A stretch of 64,000 nucleotides of DNA from an uncultured virus (IMG/VR IMGVR_UViG_3300046499_000512) (IMGVR_UViG_3300046499_000512), one strand, 5' to 3'. Positions 19,239-29,375 are shown, counted from the first letter of the stretch. Made by a program: numbers and translations. The notes: generated by a model not told the origin, from the sequence alone.

Positions 19239-19526
19239 CTAGTCCTCGGAAAGGATGCCGTCCAGCTCATGCAGGTCCAGCGGCTTGTACCCCAAGTCCT
19301 TCTCCAGCGCGGCTGTCCTGCGCCGGGACGCCTCCAGACGCCGCTCCCGCTTCGACTTACCCCCCGTCACCGCCCAACGGAGCTGCCAGCCCATACCGGC
19401 CAGCCCGAGGAGGATAAACGGCGCCTTCCACACAAGGGAGTCCGGAGTGGCATAAACCCCCAACATCCAGAGCAACAGCCACACGGCCATCCACTGCGTG
19501 GGGTCGATCTTCTTACGCTTCGTCAT
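19239..19526 (-). CDS. Small two-TM membrane protein
   Basis: Two hydrophobic segments. Confidence 0.6.
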   Translation of the reverse strand: MTKRKKIDPTQWMAVWLLLWMLGVYATPDSLVWKAPFILLGLAGMGWQLRWAVTGGKSKRERRLEASRRRTAALEKDLGYKPLDLHELDGILSED

Positions 19527-19545
19527 AGTCCGTCAGCCTCTCGAA

Positions 19546-20517
19546 TCAGGGGGCGGGGCGGCCACGGCCAGCGGTACGGCGCTGCGCCTGCCCCATCGGG
19601 TCCGTGGGGTCGAAGTCGCTGCCGTCGGTGACCCGGGGGAGCGCCGCGCGCATCATCCGCTCGGCCTCGCGCACGGACAACAGGTTCCAGGGGGAGTTAG
19701 CGATCTCGTAGACCGTGCAGCATGCCTTGAAGATCCCCATCGTCCAGCCGGTCTTGGAGTTCTGGAGCGCTTTCAGCTCTTCCAGGGCGTCCCGGACGAC
19801 ACAGTCGGCGTAGTAGTCCCAGCGCTGGGCCGTCGCAGCGTCCGGAGGAGCCGTGTACGCCGCGTTGGGGGCCTTCACGGTCCCTTCACGCCCCTCCGGG
19901 TCACTCTGGCGCTCACAGAGCTTCAGGAGCCAACTGGGGGCCTTCTGGATGGGGTCGTCGGACAGCACCTCATACAGGCCCTTGCCGCTCACCGACGGGG
20001 GAAGCACGATGAACGCCCCGCCGTCCCCGGCCTTGAAGTCGAGATCCGGGTAAGGCACCGGGTCCCCGAGCTTCCAGTTACCCGGCTTGCCGAGGGTGGA
20101 CAGGGCCGTCTTGAGTGCCGGGCCCTTGTAGCTGAAGAGGTACTGGGTGCCGCCGCCTCCGGTCTTGTGCTGCCGGGTGGCGGTCAGATCGTCCCATCCG
20201 TGGGCGGCTGCAAGGTGTTCGAGGGACCATTGCCCCTGTTTGCCCTCATCCGTGTCCACATCCAGGACGACCAGGCTATTTGGTGTTCCGGTGACCAGCC
20301 CGAGGTTGAAAAGGCCGCTTCCGAACTCGGCCTCGGCCTGCTCGGGGGTACGGATGGCGTGTTCTCCATGGGGATCCTTGTACACAGGGTGTTTACCGGC
20401 ACGCTTCCCGCAGCTTCCGCCACAGGTGCAGTTGCCCTTACGTGTGATCCCATGGAGCTTCGTCAAGACGAAGCCGTCCGCGAGCCATTCAAGAGCTGCT
20501 TCCAGCTTTTCTGACAT
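19546..20517 (-). CDS. Bifunctional DNA primase/polymerase (prim-pol) domain protein
   Basis: CTCG..C...GKHP, NLGLVTG, VVLDVD, TGGGG.QY.F, DFK..GG..V.PPS. Confidence 0.88.
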   Translation of the reverse strand: MSEKLEAALEWLADGFVLTKLHGITRKGNCTCGGSCGKRAGKHPVYKDPHGEHAIRTPEQAEAEFGSGLFNLGLVTGTPNSLVVLDVDTDEGKQGQWSLEHLAAAHGWDDLTATRQHKTGGGGTQYLFSYKGPALKTALSTLGKPGNWKLGDPVPYPDLDFKAGDGGAFIVLPPSVSGKGLYEVLSDDPIQKAPSWLLKLCERQSDPEGREGTVKAPNAAYTAPPDAATAQRWDYYADCVVRDALEELKALQNSKTGWTMGIFKACCTVYEIANSPWNLLSVREAERMMRAALPRVTDGSDFDPTDPMGQAQRRTAGRGRPAP

Positions 20518-20619
20518 GTGATCGAGCCTATCTCTTGCAGGGTAGATCGTACTAGGCGCCGTTCCTCGGTTGAGAGGGACGGCGCCTAGTGAGTTACGCG
20601 ACAGGCTGCGCGCAGCAGG

Positions 20620-21219
20620 TTACTTGTTGAGCGCGAACCGCAGGAGGGCGTACTCGTCGCCCTGCTTGATCTTGCCGGGCTCGTTGACGACTGCCAGCTT
20701 CCAGCCGGAGCCGACGCGGATGGCCTTGGCCACGGCGTTGCCGTTGTCCGAGCTGAGCAGGGACGGCCAGATGTCGGCAACCTGCGTGCTGCTGCCCCCG
20801 GTCGCGTCGTAGACCTTGAAGCTGATGTTGCGGGCCTTCTGGAAGGAACTGCCCTTCTTGTAGGCAGCGGCGACGAAGACGATCGCGGTGATGTTCGCCG
20901 GGACGCGGGCGAGGTCGACGGTAACGGTCTCGTCGTCGCCTTCGCCCTTACCGGTCTGGTTGTCGCCGCTGTGGACCAGGGAGCCGTTGCCCAGGGGGTC
21001 CAGGGAGTCGAGGCCCGCGAGGCGCACCGGGTCCGGGCCCTGCATGGCGATGGCGATCAGGTCGAGGTCGGTACCGGCCTTGCGGCGCAGGGCCCCGATG
21101 ACGCCGCCGCTGCTTCCGGCGGTGGTGTCCCAGGAGACTCCGATGGCCAGGTGGGTAACGCCGTCGAGGTCGGCGGCGCCGTCTTCCTTCGAGAGGGTGA
21201 TCGGTGCGGAGGCGGTCAC
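20620..21219 (-). CDS. TerD-family protein
   Basis: IGVSWD, DLDLIA, HSGDNQTG.GEGDDE.V.VDL..VP; motif at 21249. Confidence 0.88.
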   Translation of the reverse strand: MTASAPITLSKEDGAADLDGVTHLAIGVSWDTTAGSSGGVIGALRRKAGTDLDLIAIAMQGPDPVRLAGLDSLDPLGNGSLVHSGDNQTGKGEGDDETVTVDLARVPANITAIVFVAAAYKKGSSFQKARNISFKVYDATGGSSTQVADIWPSLLSSDNGNAVAKAIRVGSGWKLAVVNEPGKIKQGDEYALLRFALNK

Positions 21220-21334
21220 AGGGGTGCTCCTTGGTGGATCGGGGAGTTGATGTATCTACCCTAACAGAGGGCGTGGGAGAGTACAACGCACAACCGCCCC
21301 CGGGATCCGGAGATTCCAGGGGCGGTACGAGTGA

Positions 21335-21523
21335 TCAGGCGGATTGCTTCTTGTGGATGAACCCCCAGTGCCCGCAGACACTGCTGGAGAAGACCCAGGA
21401 CCGCCCCGGAGAGCACACCTGGACCAGCAGATCCGCCCTGTTCTCGCAGCCGGTGGCGGGACACTGCTCGAAAGCCGGAGCAACCCCGTCGTAATCCAGC
21501 TCCAGGTCAACGTCCTCAGCCAT
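21335..21523 (-). CDS. Small Cys-rich protein
   Basis: CP..GC..C..CGH; follows the 21525 gene. Confidence 0.5.
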   Translation of the reverse strand: MAEDVDLELDYDGVAPAFEQCPATGCENRADLLVQVCSPGRSWVFSSSVCGHWGFIHKKQSA

Positions 21524-21524
21524 C

Positions 21525-22025
21525 TCAGTTGCCCCGCTTGAGGCTGTAGCGGCCGGGACCCCGCTTGATCGGATCGTTCGGGTTCTGCCGCACGATCACG
21601 TCCCAGACGTCCAGGCTGTTAAGGCTCTCGAAGTAGCCGACCCATGCCCGGTGGTAGGTCACCCCGTTGTGCTCGAAGGAGTACTTTTCCTGGTAGTCGG
21701 CGGTCTTCGGGTTGGCCTGCGCGGCTTCCAGGAGTGCGGCGGCTTCCGCCTCGGTGGTGAAGACGTCCAGCACCTGGGCGTGTCCGCCGGAGCGGCCGAA
21801 GGTGCTGCCGCTCTCGTAGTCCGCGACGACCGCGTACACGGTGTCCCCGTAGGTGACGTTCAAGTCCCGGGAGACCGAGTCCCCGTAGTAGTGGCCGGTG
21901 CTCTTGTCCAGGAACGCGAACACGTTGCTGACGTGCCCGGCGGTGTCTCCCTGGTCCCAACTGTCCGTCGGGTCAGGGTTCCGGGTGGTGTGCACCTCGG
22001 TTTCGGCGCTGACAACGATCTTCAT
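21525..22025 (-). CDS. Hypothetical protein
   Basis: AAGGAG RBS; motif at 22055. Confidence 0.7.
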   Translation of the reverse strand: MKIVVSAETEVHTTRNPDPTDSWDQGDTAGHVSNVFAFLDKSTGHYYGDSVSRDLNVTYGDTVYAVVADYESGSTFGRSGGHAQVLDVFTTEAEAAALLEAAQANPKTADYQEKYSFEHNGVTYHRAWVGYFESLNSLDVWDVIVRQNPNDPIKRGPGRYSLKRGN

Positions 22026-22130
22026 CGGGATCTCCTTTGGTGGTGCCCCTCTATGATGTATCTACCCTAGCAGGAAACGGAAACGGGGCCAACCCGTATA
22101 TCGGATCGACCCCGTCGAAAGCCTTCCAGG

Positions 22131-22334
22131 TCAGTGAACCGCCGGAACGCGTGCACATCCCATCGGATAGTGCGACCGTCGCGGCTCCCTGTGCTCCTTG
22201 CAGTCCTCTGCATACCGCCCCTCGTACTGGCCCCCGCACGGGGCCCAACTGTCCGGCGGACACGTACACGTATTCGAACGCGCCACGTGCACGTGCCGGA
22301 GATACGGCAGTACCGCCCGCTCCAGATCTGTCAT
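22131..22334 (-). CDS. Small Cys/His-rich protein
   Basis: AAGGAG plus ATG overlapping the upstream stop. Confidence 0.55.
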   Translation of the reverse strand: MTDLERAVLPYLRHVHVARSNTCTCPPDSWAPCGGQYEGRYAEDCKEHREPRRSHYPMGCARVPAVH

Positions 22335-22627
22335 GTCCGCTCCTTCTGCTCGTCCAGATACGTCAGCGAGGCCTGGACAGCATCCTCGTGCGTCGCGCAC
22401 GCCGGAACCGGCAGCACCTTGCCGTTCACCCGGGGGAGGAACTGGTCCTCCTGCTTCTTGGGCTCCAGGCCCGTCACCCGGGCCAGACTGCCCGAGGAGC
22501 CCGTGTCCTCATCCGCCAGGTACTCCCGGCGTGCCCGGCGCTCCGCCTGACGGATGTCGTTGGCCTTGACCAGGTACGGGAACTGGGCGTCGCCCTCGAC
22601 AAAAACTACCTCGTACGGGTACTGCAT
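22331..22627 (-). CDS. Hypothetical protein
   Basis: AAGGAG RBS; motif at 22660. Confidence 0.65.
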   Translation of the reverse strand: MQYPYEVVFVEGDAQFPYLVKANDIRQAERRARREYLADEDTGSSGSLARVTGLEPKKQEDQFLPRVNGKVLPVPACATHEDAVQASLTYLDEQKERT

Positions 22628-22722
22628 GGCTGATCTCCTTGGTGGTGTTCAGGGCAGTCTTATCTACCCTAACGAAAAGGGGCGGAAAGTATCAACTTTC
22701 CGCCCCCGTAGGCACGTTAGAG

Positions 22723-23064
22723 CTAGTTCTTGTCCTCGATCGGCAGGTCATAGAACTCGTCCATCTGGGTCTTCAGCAGGCCCTTGACGTGCTCCATCAG
22801 GGCGACCGACAGCGCGTCCGTGGGCTCCGAGGTGAACAGCTCGGAGTGAACGTGCACGGGGTTGCTGGCCTTGACGACGTTGGTGAACAGGGCGCCGGTC
22901 TTGGCGTGCATGATCACGATCTCGGCGCGGTTCCGGCCGATCCGGCGCATGGAGAAGACCTCGCCCCGGCTGATGATCTCCTTGCCGCCGACGCTGACGG
23001 GGAAGGCGACGTTGTATCCGGCGCGGATGGCGGCGAAGGGCATGACGGCGGCGGCAGTAGGCAT
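22723..23064 (-). CDS. Hypothetical protein
   Basis: AAGGAG RBS; motif at 23092. Confidence 0.7.
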   Translation of the reverse strand: MPTAAAVMPFAAIRAGYNVAFPVSVGGKEIISRGEVFSMRRIGRNRAEIVIMHAKTGALFTNVVKASNPVHVHSELFTSEPTDALSVALMEHVKGLLKTQMDEFYDLPIEDKN

Positions 23065-23127
23065 TTCGGTCTCCTTGTTGGTGTCCGTGTTGATGTATCT
23101 ACCCTAGCACGCTCTAGAGGGAAGTGT

Positions 23128-23331
23128 CTACTCGGAGGCGGAACGATTTTCCAACGGCTCCTCATCGGGAACCGTGACAACCTCGAAGACCGCGTAACCC
23201 GCGCTGTACTTGCGCTTCTGGTACATCGCCTTCGAGCCGGTCGCGTTCCGGTAGGCGACGATATCCATCAAGAGGCGCTGGGCGTCCTTGTTCGGCAGGC
23301 AGCCGCTCTTGCGGATGTACTTCTTGGCCAT
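23128..23331 (-). CDS. Hypothetical basic protein
   Basis: AAGGAG RBS; motif at 23366. Confidence 0.65.
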   Translation of the reverse strand: MAKKYIRKSGCLPNKDAQRLLMDIVAYRNATGSKAMYQKRKYSAGYAVFEVVTVPDEEPLENRSASE

Positions 23332-23401
23332 GGGGGAGGTCTCCTTGCTGGTGTCCTCGACAGGTGGTGTATCTACCCTAACACATCTTGATCATCTTCA
23401 C

Positions 23402-23660
23402 GGTTACCCCGTTTGGAAATATGGACAGCCCCCGCCCCGTGCGTGCGCGCACACGCGTATGCGCCCAAATACAGGGGTAACCAGGGTAACCGGGTAACCA
23501 TGCAGGTCAGAGGTGGTGTTTTCAAGGTAACTCCCAGAGTAACTTCGAGGTAACCAGGCTACTTTCTCTCTTCAAGAGGGCTAGAGCTGTCCGTATGTCC
23601 TGACAAAGTCTCTTGATCGTTCCGGCGGTTACCCCGTCGGTTACCTGTTCCGGGGTAACC
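23402..23660. repeat. GGTAACC/GGTTACC repeat cluster, candidate replication origin
   Basis: Copies at 23402, 23476, 23485, 23493, 23526v, 23538v, 23549, 23627, 23639, 23654; alternating purine-pyrimidine tract at 23439-23464; non-coding, at the transcription divergence point. Confidence 0.65.
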
Positions 23661-23767
23661 CGGACCACTGCGTGGAAGGCTTCAAAGCCGGGCCGTCCGG
23701 GCGTACTTGTTGTCTCCCGGGACGAGTTGAAATAGGGTAGATACAATCGCCCCTAGGAGCCCCTGCC

Positions 23768-24208
23768 ATGCCGAACAGTCGAGCCGTCATGCTCGTCCTC
23801 CTTCAAGACGTCCTCGGGAACCAGCTCCGCGACGGCCGCACCGACACCTACCTGAACATGCCCAACGACATGCACGACGCCGTCGAAGAGGCCGCCTACG
23901 CCATCCTGGAACGCATCGCCCGCGCCGTCGACTGGGAACGCCTCCTCGAAGAGGCCTACTGGCGCCACGACCTGGTCCACCCGGACAAGCAGCCCGACGC
24001 CCACCGGGTCACCACCTCCGAGGTATGCGGCGAGTGCCTGATGGAAGCCCTCATCAACGACCAGAACTACAGCCCCAACTGGACCCGGCGGGCATCCACC
24101 CCGCTCACCCGGAACGACCTGGACTGGCCCGCCGTCGTCGCCGACGCCCTCCGGTACCGCCCCGCATCCGACTGGCACCCGTACAAGGATCAGGAGACCC
24201 CCAAGTGA
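23768..24208 (+). CDS. Hypothetical protein
   Basis: AGGAG RBS; motif at 23731. Confidence 0.7.
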   Translation: MPNSRAVMLVLLQDVLGNQLRDGRTDTYLNMPNDMHDAVEEAAYAILERIARAVDWERLLEEAYWRHDLVHPDKQPDAHRVTTSEVCGECLMEALINDQNYSPNWTRRASTPLTRNDLDWPAVVADALRYRPASDWHPYKDQETPK

Positions 24209-24750
24209 CCCTCCCGACCATCACCGCCGCCGACCTCCCCCGGCAGGCCTACGCCCACGGCAGCAGCCACGACCCGGTCCTGACGCAGCCGGAGAAGTTC
24301 CGTACGGTGATCAACTGCACCTACGACCCCAAGCCGCTCGCCGGGGGACTGTGGACCGCCCCGGTCACCTCTGCGGTCGTCGGCGGAATGATCCTGTCCA
24401 CGGCCTGGTCGGACTACCGCCGACAGAACGGGCTCCCGCTGGAAGACTCCGCCCACTTCCTGGAGATCGCGCCGCTTCCCGAGTTCAAGGGGCTGGTCAT
24501 CGACGGGCTCAAGGACGCGGAAGCCATCCTGGAGACCTACCGGGTGAAGGCGGAGCCCGCTTTCCTCTCGGACTTCTGGGCGGTGTTCGACTGGGAGCGG
24601 ATGGCCGTAGACGGCTACGACGGGCTGTACCTGACCGGATACGGGCAGGGAGCTACCCACATGCCGCCCGACAGGTCCCTCTGCATGTACGGGTGGGACG
24701 TCGCGTCCGTCCTCTGGATCCGCCCGAGCTACCGGGTGGTGCCGTCGTGA
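24205..24750 (+). CDS. Conserved phage protein, possible ADP-ribosyltransferase fold
   Basis: YAHGS, KP..GGLWTA, GYDGLYL, YGWDV.S; AGGAG plus GTG overlapping the upstream stop. Confidence 0.5.
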   Translation: MTLPTITAADLPRQAYAHGSSHDPVLTQPEKFRTVINCTYDPKPLAGGLWTAPVTSAVVGGMILSTAWSDYRRQNGLPLEDSAHFLEIAPLPEFKGLVIDGLKDAEAILETYRVKAEPAFLSDFWAVFDWERMAVDGYDGLYLTGYGQGATHMPPDRSLCMYGWDVASVLWIRPSYRVVPS

Positions 24751-24895
24751 AGGACAAACGAATCGAGTGCGGGTGTCACCCGGACTGTCAGGCGCTGGAC
24801 GGGCACACATGCGAGAAGCCGTGCCGCTTCCCCGCCTGCTTGAACGAGGAAGAGAAGACCGAGCTGCGGAAACGGCTGGAAGAGATGGGGTGGTG

Positions 24896-25051
24896 ATGGG
24901 GGCTCACAAACTGACCGCGCGGGACGTGTGGAAGATCCGGCAGCGGTACAGCGCAGGCGGGGTGACGTACTTCGATCTGGCGGCGGAGTACGGGGTCACC
25001 TTCCAGACCATTGGCCACATCATTACCCGCCGTAACTGGAAGCATATCTAG
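24896..25051 (+). CDS. Stand-alone HTH resembling the C-terminal domain of HNH homing endonucleases
   Basis: KLT..DV..IR..Y..GG....LA.EYGV....I..I..R.NWKHI. Confidence 0.65.
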   Translation: MGAHKLTARDVWKIRQRYSAGGVTYFDLAAEYGVTFQTIGHIITRRNWKHI

Positions 25052-25059
25052 GAGTGATC

Positions 25060-25581
25060 ATGGAAGAGAAGAACGTCCCTCTGAAGTGGGTGGACGCCGC
25101 GATGACCGGGGCAAGCCCGGGTTGCCGGGATGACGCCCGGTTCTACCTGGCCAACGCGTTCCCGACGATCCGGGAAGACCTGCTGTGGGACATCCTGGAC
25201 AAGGACCCGTGGGTGACGTGCGCATGCGGGATGGACTGGGAGGTGCTGGTGTCCCAGGGCCCGGACCACGGGCACGGGCGCACCGAATGCCCGGCGGCGG
25301 CGGACGCCTCGGTCACGATCGGCGGGATGACGGCGTGGATCTACGGGTGGAGGCTCCAGCGGTACGCCGATCATGCGAGGCAGACCGGGCGGCGGGGGAT
25401 TACCGGGCGTCTGCGGGACTGGAGCTGGACCCGCTACTTCCCGGGGGACCGCTTGGAGGTGACGTTTCTGCCGTCGTATTCGTACGAACCGGCGCGGGGG
25501 CAGAAGGTGCACGTGGACATCTCGTACGACGGGACCCACAAGGACCCGTTCATCAGCATCCAGTGGCACGACGGGAGTTGA
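25060..25581 (+). CDS. Hypothetical protein
   Basis: AGGAG RBS; followed by a hairpin. Confidence 0.65.
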   Translation: MEEKNVPLKWVDAAMTGASPGCRDDARFYLANAFPTIREDLLWDILDKDPWVTCACGMDWEVLVSQGPDHGHGRTECPAAADASVTIGGMTAWIYGWRLQRYADHARQTGRRGITGRLRDWSWTRYFPGDRLEVTFLPSYSYEPARGQKVHVDISYDGTHKDPFISIQWHDGS

Positions 25582-25706
25582 CGGAGGGGCAGGGGTGAGG
25601 GGTCCGGCCGAGGCTGGGCCCCTTTTCTCGTGTCCAGTTGTATCTACTCTAGTAGCGTGCTAGAGTAGATACATCAGTAAGGGACACCAACCAGGGAGAC
25701 CCCGAA

Positions 25707-26060
25707 ATGAACGCTCGCACCCGTCAGGCCCGTCGCATCGTCCGCCAGCGCTCGCAGGCCACGCGGCTCACCTCCTCCCTCAAGCGAGGGCGTGCCATGG
25801 CCACGCACATGATCGCGGCCGGGTTCGATGAGGACACCGTCAAGGGCATGGCGACGGCCCTCAAGGGCGTCGCACGGCGCATCGGGATGGAGCCCGCGAA
25901 GAGGGTCCTCACCCGGAACACGGTTGACGGCAAGGGAGGCCGCAAGGCCAAGCTGCGCCGCGTCGGCCACTGGACCGCCGCGCAGGTCCAGACGCTCCTG
26001 AGCGCCTACAAGCCGCGCAAGGCCGAGTATAAGGCCGCGAAGCTCACGCTGGCCGCGTAG
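25707..26060 (+). CDS. Highly basic hypothetical protein
   Basis: GGGAG RBS; double motif at 25639-25675. Confidence 0.7.
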   Translation: MNARTRQARRIVRQRSQATRLTSSLKRGRAMATHMIAAGFDEDTVKGMATALKGVARRIGMEPAKRVLTRNTVDGKGGRKAKLRRVGHWTAAQVQTLLSAYKPRKAEYKAAKLTLAA

Positions 26061-26222
26061 GTCCGCGTGTAGAGGGAGGGAGGCGCCTGATCGCCTCCCT
26101 CCCAGCCCAAACCGATCCCCGCCCCGACGCGCTACGGTAGACACATCGGGTCGGGGATCGTCCCGTTGTCAGACCACCCCGCTAGCGTGATTCCACCCAA
26201 CCCAGAAGGAGAACCACCCGCC

Positions 26223-26681
26223 ATGACCGCCGAATTGAGCACAGACCGCCTCTCCACCTACTGGCCCTACACGATGGCGCCCAAGCAGGTCCACACCGAA
26301 GGCCCCTGGAAGATGGGCATGTCCGCCGGGGGCTCCATGGTCATCTGGCCGACGAAGGAGCCGTTCCCGGACAGCCTGCACCTGATCGAAGCCTTCCAGG
26401 GCACCAAGGAGCAGTTGGAGCGGTTCCACGGCACCTTCTGCCGCCTCGGCTACGAGAAGGACCCGCAGCACAAGCACCAGAACGAGAACACCTGGCTGTT
26501 CAACTGGAACAGCGGGTCCCTCGCGCAGATCTACATCGCCGGGCAGGTCGCCAAGAAGCTGTTCGACGGCGAGTACGACGAAGCGTGGGCGGTCGGTCGC
26601 GCCTTCCGGGACGCGATCCAGGAGGCGGAGGACGGCGCGGCGGTGGACGGGCAGGCTCGTGCGGCCGGTGCCTCCAAGTGA
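26223..26681 (+). CDS. Hypothetical protein
   Basis: AAGGAG plus ATG at 26223; variant motif at 26129. Confidence 0.65.
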   Translation: MTAELSTDRLSTYWPYTMAPKQVHTEGPWKMGMSAGGSMVIWPTKEPFPDSLHLIEAFQGTKEQLERFHGTFCRLGYEKDPQHKHQNENTWLFNWNSGSLAQIYIAGQVAKKLFDGEYDEAWAVGRAFRDAIQEAEDGAAVDGQARAAGASK

Positions 26682-26963
26682 CCGAGGCGGCCGAGGAGTT
26701 CGACGGCTGCACCTGGCAGGTGGGCGGGAACTACCCGGACACTCCGCCGGAGCTGTGTGAGCTGGACCGGGCGCCGGACAGTGAGTACTGCCCCCGCCAC
26801 ACGGCGGCGGATGTGGCTTTCGAGGAGACGGCTCGCCTGATCGAGGACGAACTGAAGACCATGTGAAGGTTGTTGCCCTGCGCCCCGATGATCTTGCTGA
26901 TCATCGGGGCGTTTGGTTAGGATAGATATAAACACCACCAGTTTTAGCCAGGGGAGACTGCCC

Positions 26964-27200
26964 ATGCCCACCATCGGCCGCAACCGCCGCCAGTACGTGG
27001 CCAACGTCAAGGCCCTGTTCACCGACTGCCACCGGTACAACACCCAGACCGGAGAGATGGACGCCTGCCCCGCGTCCGAGGCCTGGGACCTCCTGCTCTC
27101 GGAGGACAACAAGAAGGCCCGGCTGATCGAGAACGAGGACGGGACGATCTACACCATCAGCAATCAGTACACCTGGTACGAGCTTCGGCGCCCGGCGTGA
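26964..27200 (+). CDS. Hypothetical protein
   Basis: GGGGAG plus ATG at 26964; variant motif at 26915. Confidence 0.65.
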   Translation: MPTIGRNRRQYVANVKALFTDCHRYNTQTGEMDACPASEAWDLLLSEDNKKARLIENEDGTIYTISNQYTWYELRRPA

Positions 27201-27472
27201 ACTGGTACAGGATCACGTGCGCGGAGTGCGGGGGCGTCTGGAGCGGCTGGCTGGACGGGCTGTACCGGGTCAAGCACCGCCACATGTCCAACGGGGTCCG
27301 CATGGTCTCCGAGGGCTGGTGGCTGGAGGATTAGCCGATTGTCAGTGACTTATCTCCGCGCCGCGCTCCGGTTTCCCTGCCTGGTAAGGGGCCGGGGCGC
27401 GGCCGTGTGTGCGGCCTACCGCTTTAGCTGCTAGGGTAGATACATCACCCGAATTGATCATGGAGGAGACCT

Positions 27473-27727
27473 GTGTCCGACCCCCTCAACAACCCCGCCG
27501 GACCCACCGGAGCCTACGGCGAACGCGGCATGGACATCGCCGTCTGGGCCGAGGAATTCGAAGAGCAGGAGGGCGAATGGCAGCTCTCCGGGCACCTGCT
27601 CGATGACCTCGCCGAAGGCCGCCGACGTCTCGCCGCCAAGCGACGGGCCCACCCGAACAAGCCCGCCAACCACTTCCGGCTGGTCCACGTCACCCTCACC
27701 ACCGCCATCACCGACTTGGGGGAATGA
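27473..27727 (+). CDS. Hypothetical protein
   Basis: GGAGGAG RBS; motif at 27429. Confidence 0.65.
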   Translation: MSDPLNNPAGPTGAYGERGMDIAVWAEEFEEQEGEWQLSGHLLDDLAEGRRRLAAKRRAHPNKPANHFRLVHVTLTTAITDLGE

Positions 27728-27763
27728 TCGAGGACGACAAGGACTCGGGATGGACGTGACCCC

Positions 27764-28159
27764 GTGACCAAGGCTCAAGAGCTGGCCGACCAGATCAGCA
27801 GGGACATCCGGAGCGGGGACCTGATCTCTCCGGATCGTCTCCCCCCGGGAAGCCTGCCCTCTCAGGATGCGCTGGCCGTCCGGTACAAATGCGGCAAGAG
27901 TGCAGTGGCCAGGGCCTTTGTCATCTTGAAGGAAGCCCGCATCATCTACGCCACCCACGCGGGGACATTCCCAGGGCCCCGGGCAACCGGCGGGAAATGG
28001 GTATATACCTGCCACTACTGCCCGGCGGTTCTCGAAGCACCGGGGACCCTGACGTTTGTGGCCGTCCGGAAGATCCTGCGGGAACTTGGATGGGGGTTCC
28101 GGGGATCCGCGCGCGGGTTCACCTACTTCTGCCCGGTCCACTCCCCCTGGGGCGACTGA
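27764..28159 (+). CDS. GntR-like winged-HTH protein with C-terminal Cys motifs
   Basis: LA..I..DI.SG..LPS...LA.RY.....V.RA...L.....I....G.F; CHYC..CP.H. Confidence 0.7.
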   Translation: MTKAQELADQISRDIRSGDLISPDRLPPGSLPSQDALAVRYKCGKSAVARAFVILKEARIIYATHAGTFPGPRATGGKWVYTCHYCPAVLEAPGTLTFVAVRKILRELGWGFRGSARGFTYFCPVHSPWGD

Positions 28160-28610
28160 TAGGGTGCGTGCACGGTGTAGGGCGCTTGCCCTCTGAGACC
28201 CGCCCTTCTTGATCCGAGCCTTCTGCAGAGGCGTTGACGGTCAGGGAGGGCGGGTTTTTACGTGTCCGGGGGCTTTGTCAGTGGGTCTCCCTATCGTGAG
28301 CAGCCTGTCGACCAGGAGGTTCTGAGATGACCCAGGAAATCCCCGCCATGACGGCCGGAGACGCCCCGCTGGACACGCTGCTGGCCATCACCGAGGAGGA
28401 GGTCCGGCAGGCCGCTGAACGGCTCTCAGACGGCGGTGTGCTGGATCCGGTGAGCGCGCACCTGCTGGCCACGGTCCGGATGCGTCTGCTGGTTGCGCTG
28501 GACCGCGTTCGCAGGGTTTGATGCAGGGCATAACTGAGGGGGCGGGGGTGTGATCCTCCGCCCCTTCCTGCTAGGGTAGATACATCCATCCCTGCATTCG
28601 AGGAGGCCCC

Positions 28611-29375
28611 ATGCTGCCCATCACCCTCGCCAGCTTCGACCGCTGGAAGCTCGAAACCGGACGCTTCCGCAACGACGGCACCGCCCACTTCACCGGCCCC
28701 CGCGAGGGCAAGCACATGGCGCACCTCGTGGAAATCGGCTACCTCACCCCCGTCGAGGGCTACCAGGCCCGCTACCAGGGCACCATCACCGACAAAGGCC
28801 GCGAAGCCCTCGCATACCTGGACGGCAAGAAGGCGGAGGAAAAGCTGCTCTGGGACGCCATCCTCGCCACGGTGGAGGAGATCAAGGCCTCCCACCCGGC
28901 CTTCGGCGGGACCTCCCAGGGACCGGGCGAGTACACCCACTACGAAGACGGCAGCATCGACGCTTCGACCCTCTTCAGCACCGGCAATCAGGACGGCAGC
29001 AACTCCGAGTTCCTGATCACCGCCACGCTGAACCCGGCCGTACAGCACAAGGGCGAACCGGCCGTCACGGTGAAGATCGATGAGTCCCTGTCCCACAACG
29101 ATCACTTCTGGGGACCGGGCGGGCCGCGTGACCAGGACTTGCCGGGCCGCCGGGTGGTCGTCGGGCACCGGCACTACGTGATCTCCCCGGACGACCCGAA
29201 CGGCTTCCAGGGCCACGGCGGGCACCGGTTCGAGATCGAGTTCTTCGACGGCCGCCGGGTCGTCACCCACAACCTCTGGTCTCAGGGCGTGGTTCCGCCG
29301 AAGTGGCGTGAACGGTTCCCGGACAACGCGGAGTTCGTCCAGCGCAGGCCGGATGCGTTTTTGCCGGAGGTCTGA
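28611..29375 (+). CDS. Hypothetical protein
   Basis: GAGGAGG RBS; motif at 28569; C-terminal GF.G.GG..F.IEFFDG....T.NLW.QG..P..FPDNA. Confidence 0.75.
   Translation: MLPITLASFDRWKLETGRFRNDGTAHFTGPREGKHMAHLVEIGYLTPVEGYQARYQGTITDKGREALAYLDGKKAEEKLLWDAILATVEEIKASHPAFGGTSQGPGEYTHYEDGSIDASTLFSTGNQDGSNSEFLITATLNPAVQHKGEPAVTVKIDESLSHNDHFWGPGGPRDQDLPGRRVVVGHRHYVISPDDPNGFQGHGGHRFEIEFFDGRRVVTHNLWSQGVVPPKWRERFPDNAEFVQRRPDAFLPEV

Noticed and set aside
4519..20549. Partial AGGGTAGAT matches at ~4521 and ~20539
   Set aside because: They lack the first T of the -10 hexamer and the ATAC end, so they were not counted as motif copies.
23522..23746. Short ORFs across the GGTAACC cluster (23288-23497, 23522-23746)
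   Set aside because: No RBS; the peptides just mirror the repeats (VT units).
24896..25051. HNH homing endonuclease
   Set aside because: Only the C-terminal HTH-like part is present; no HNH motif in this or the upstream ORF.
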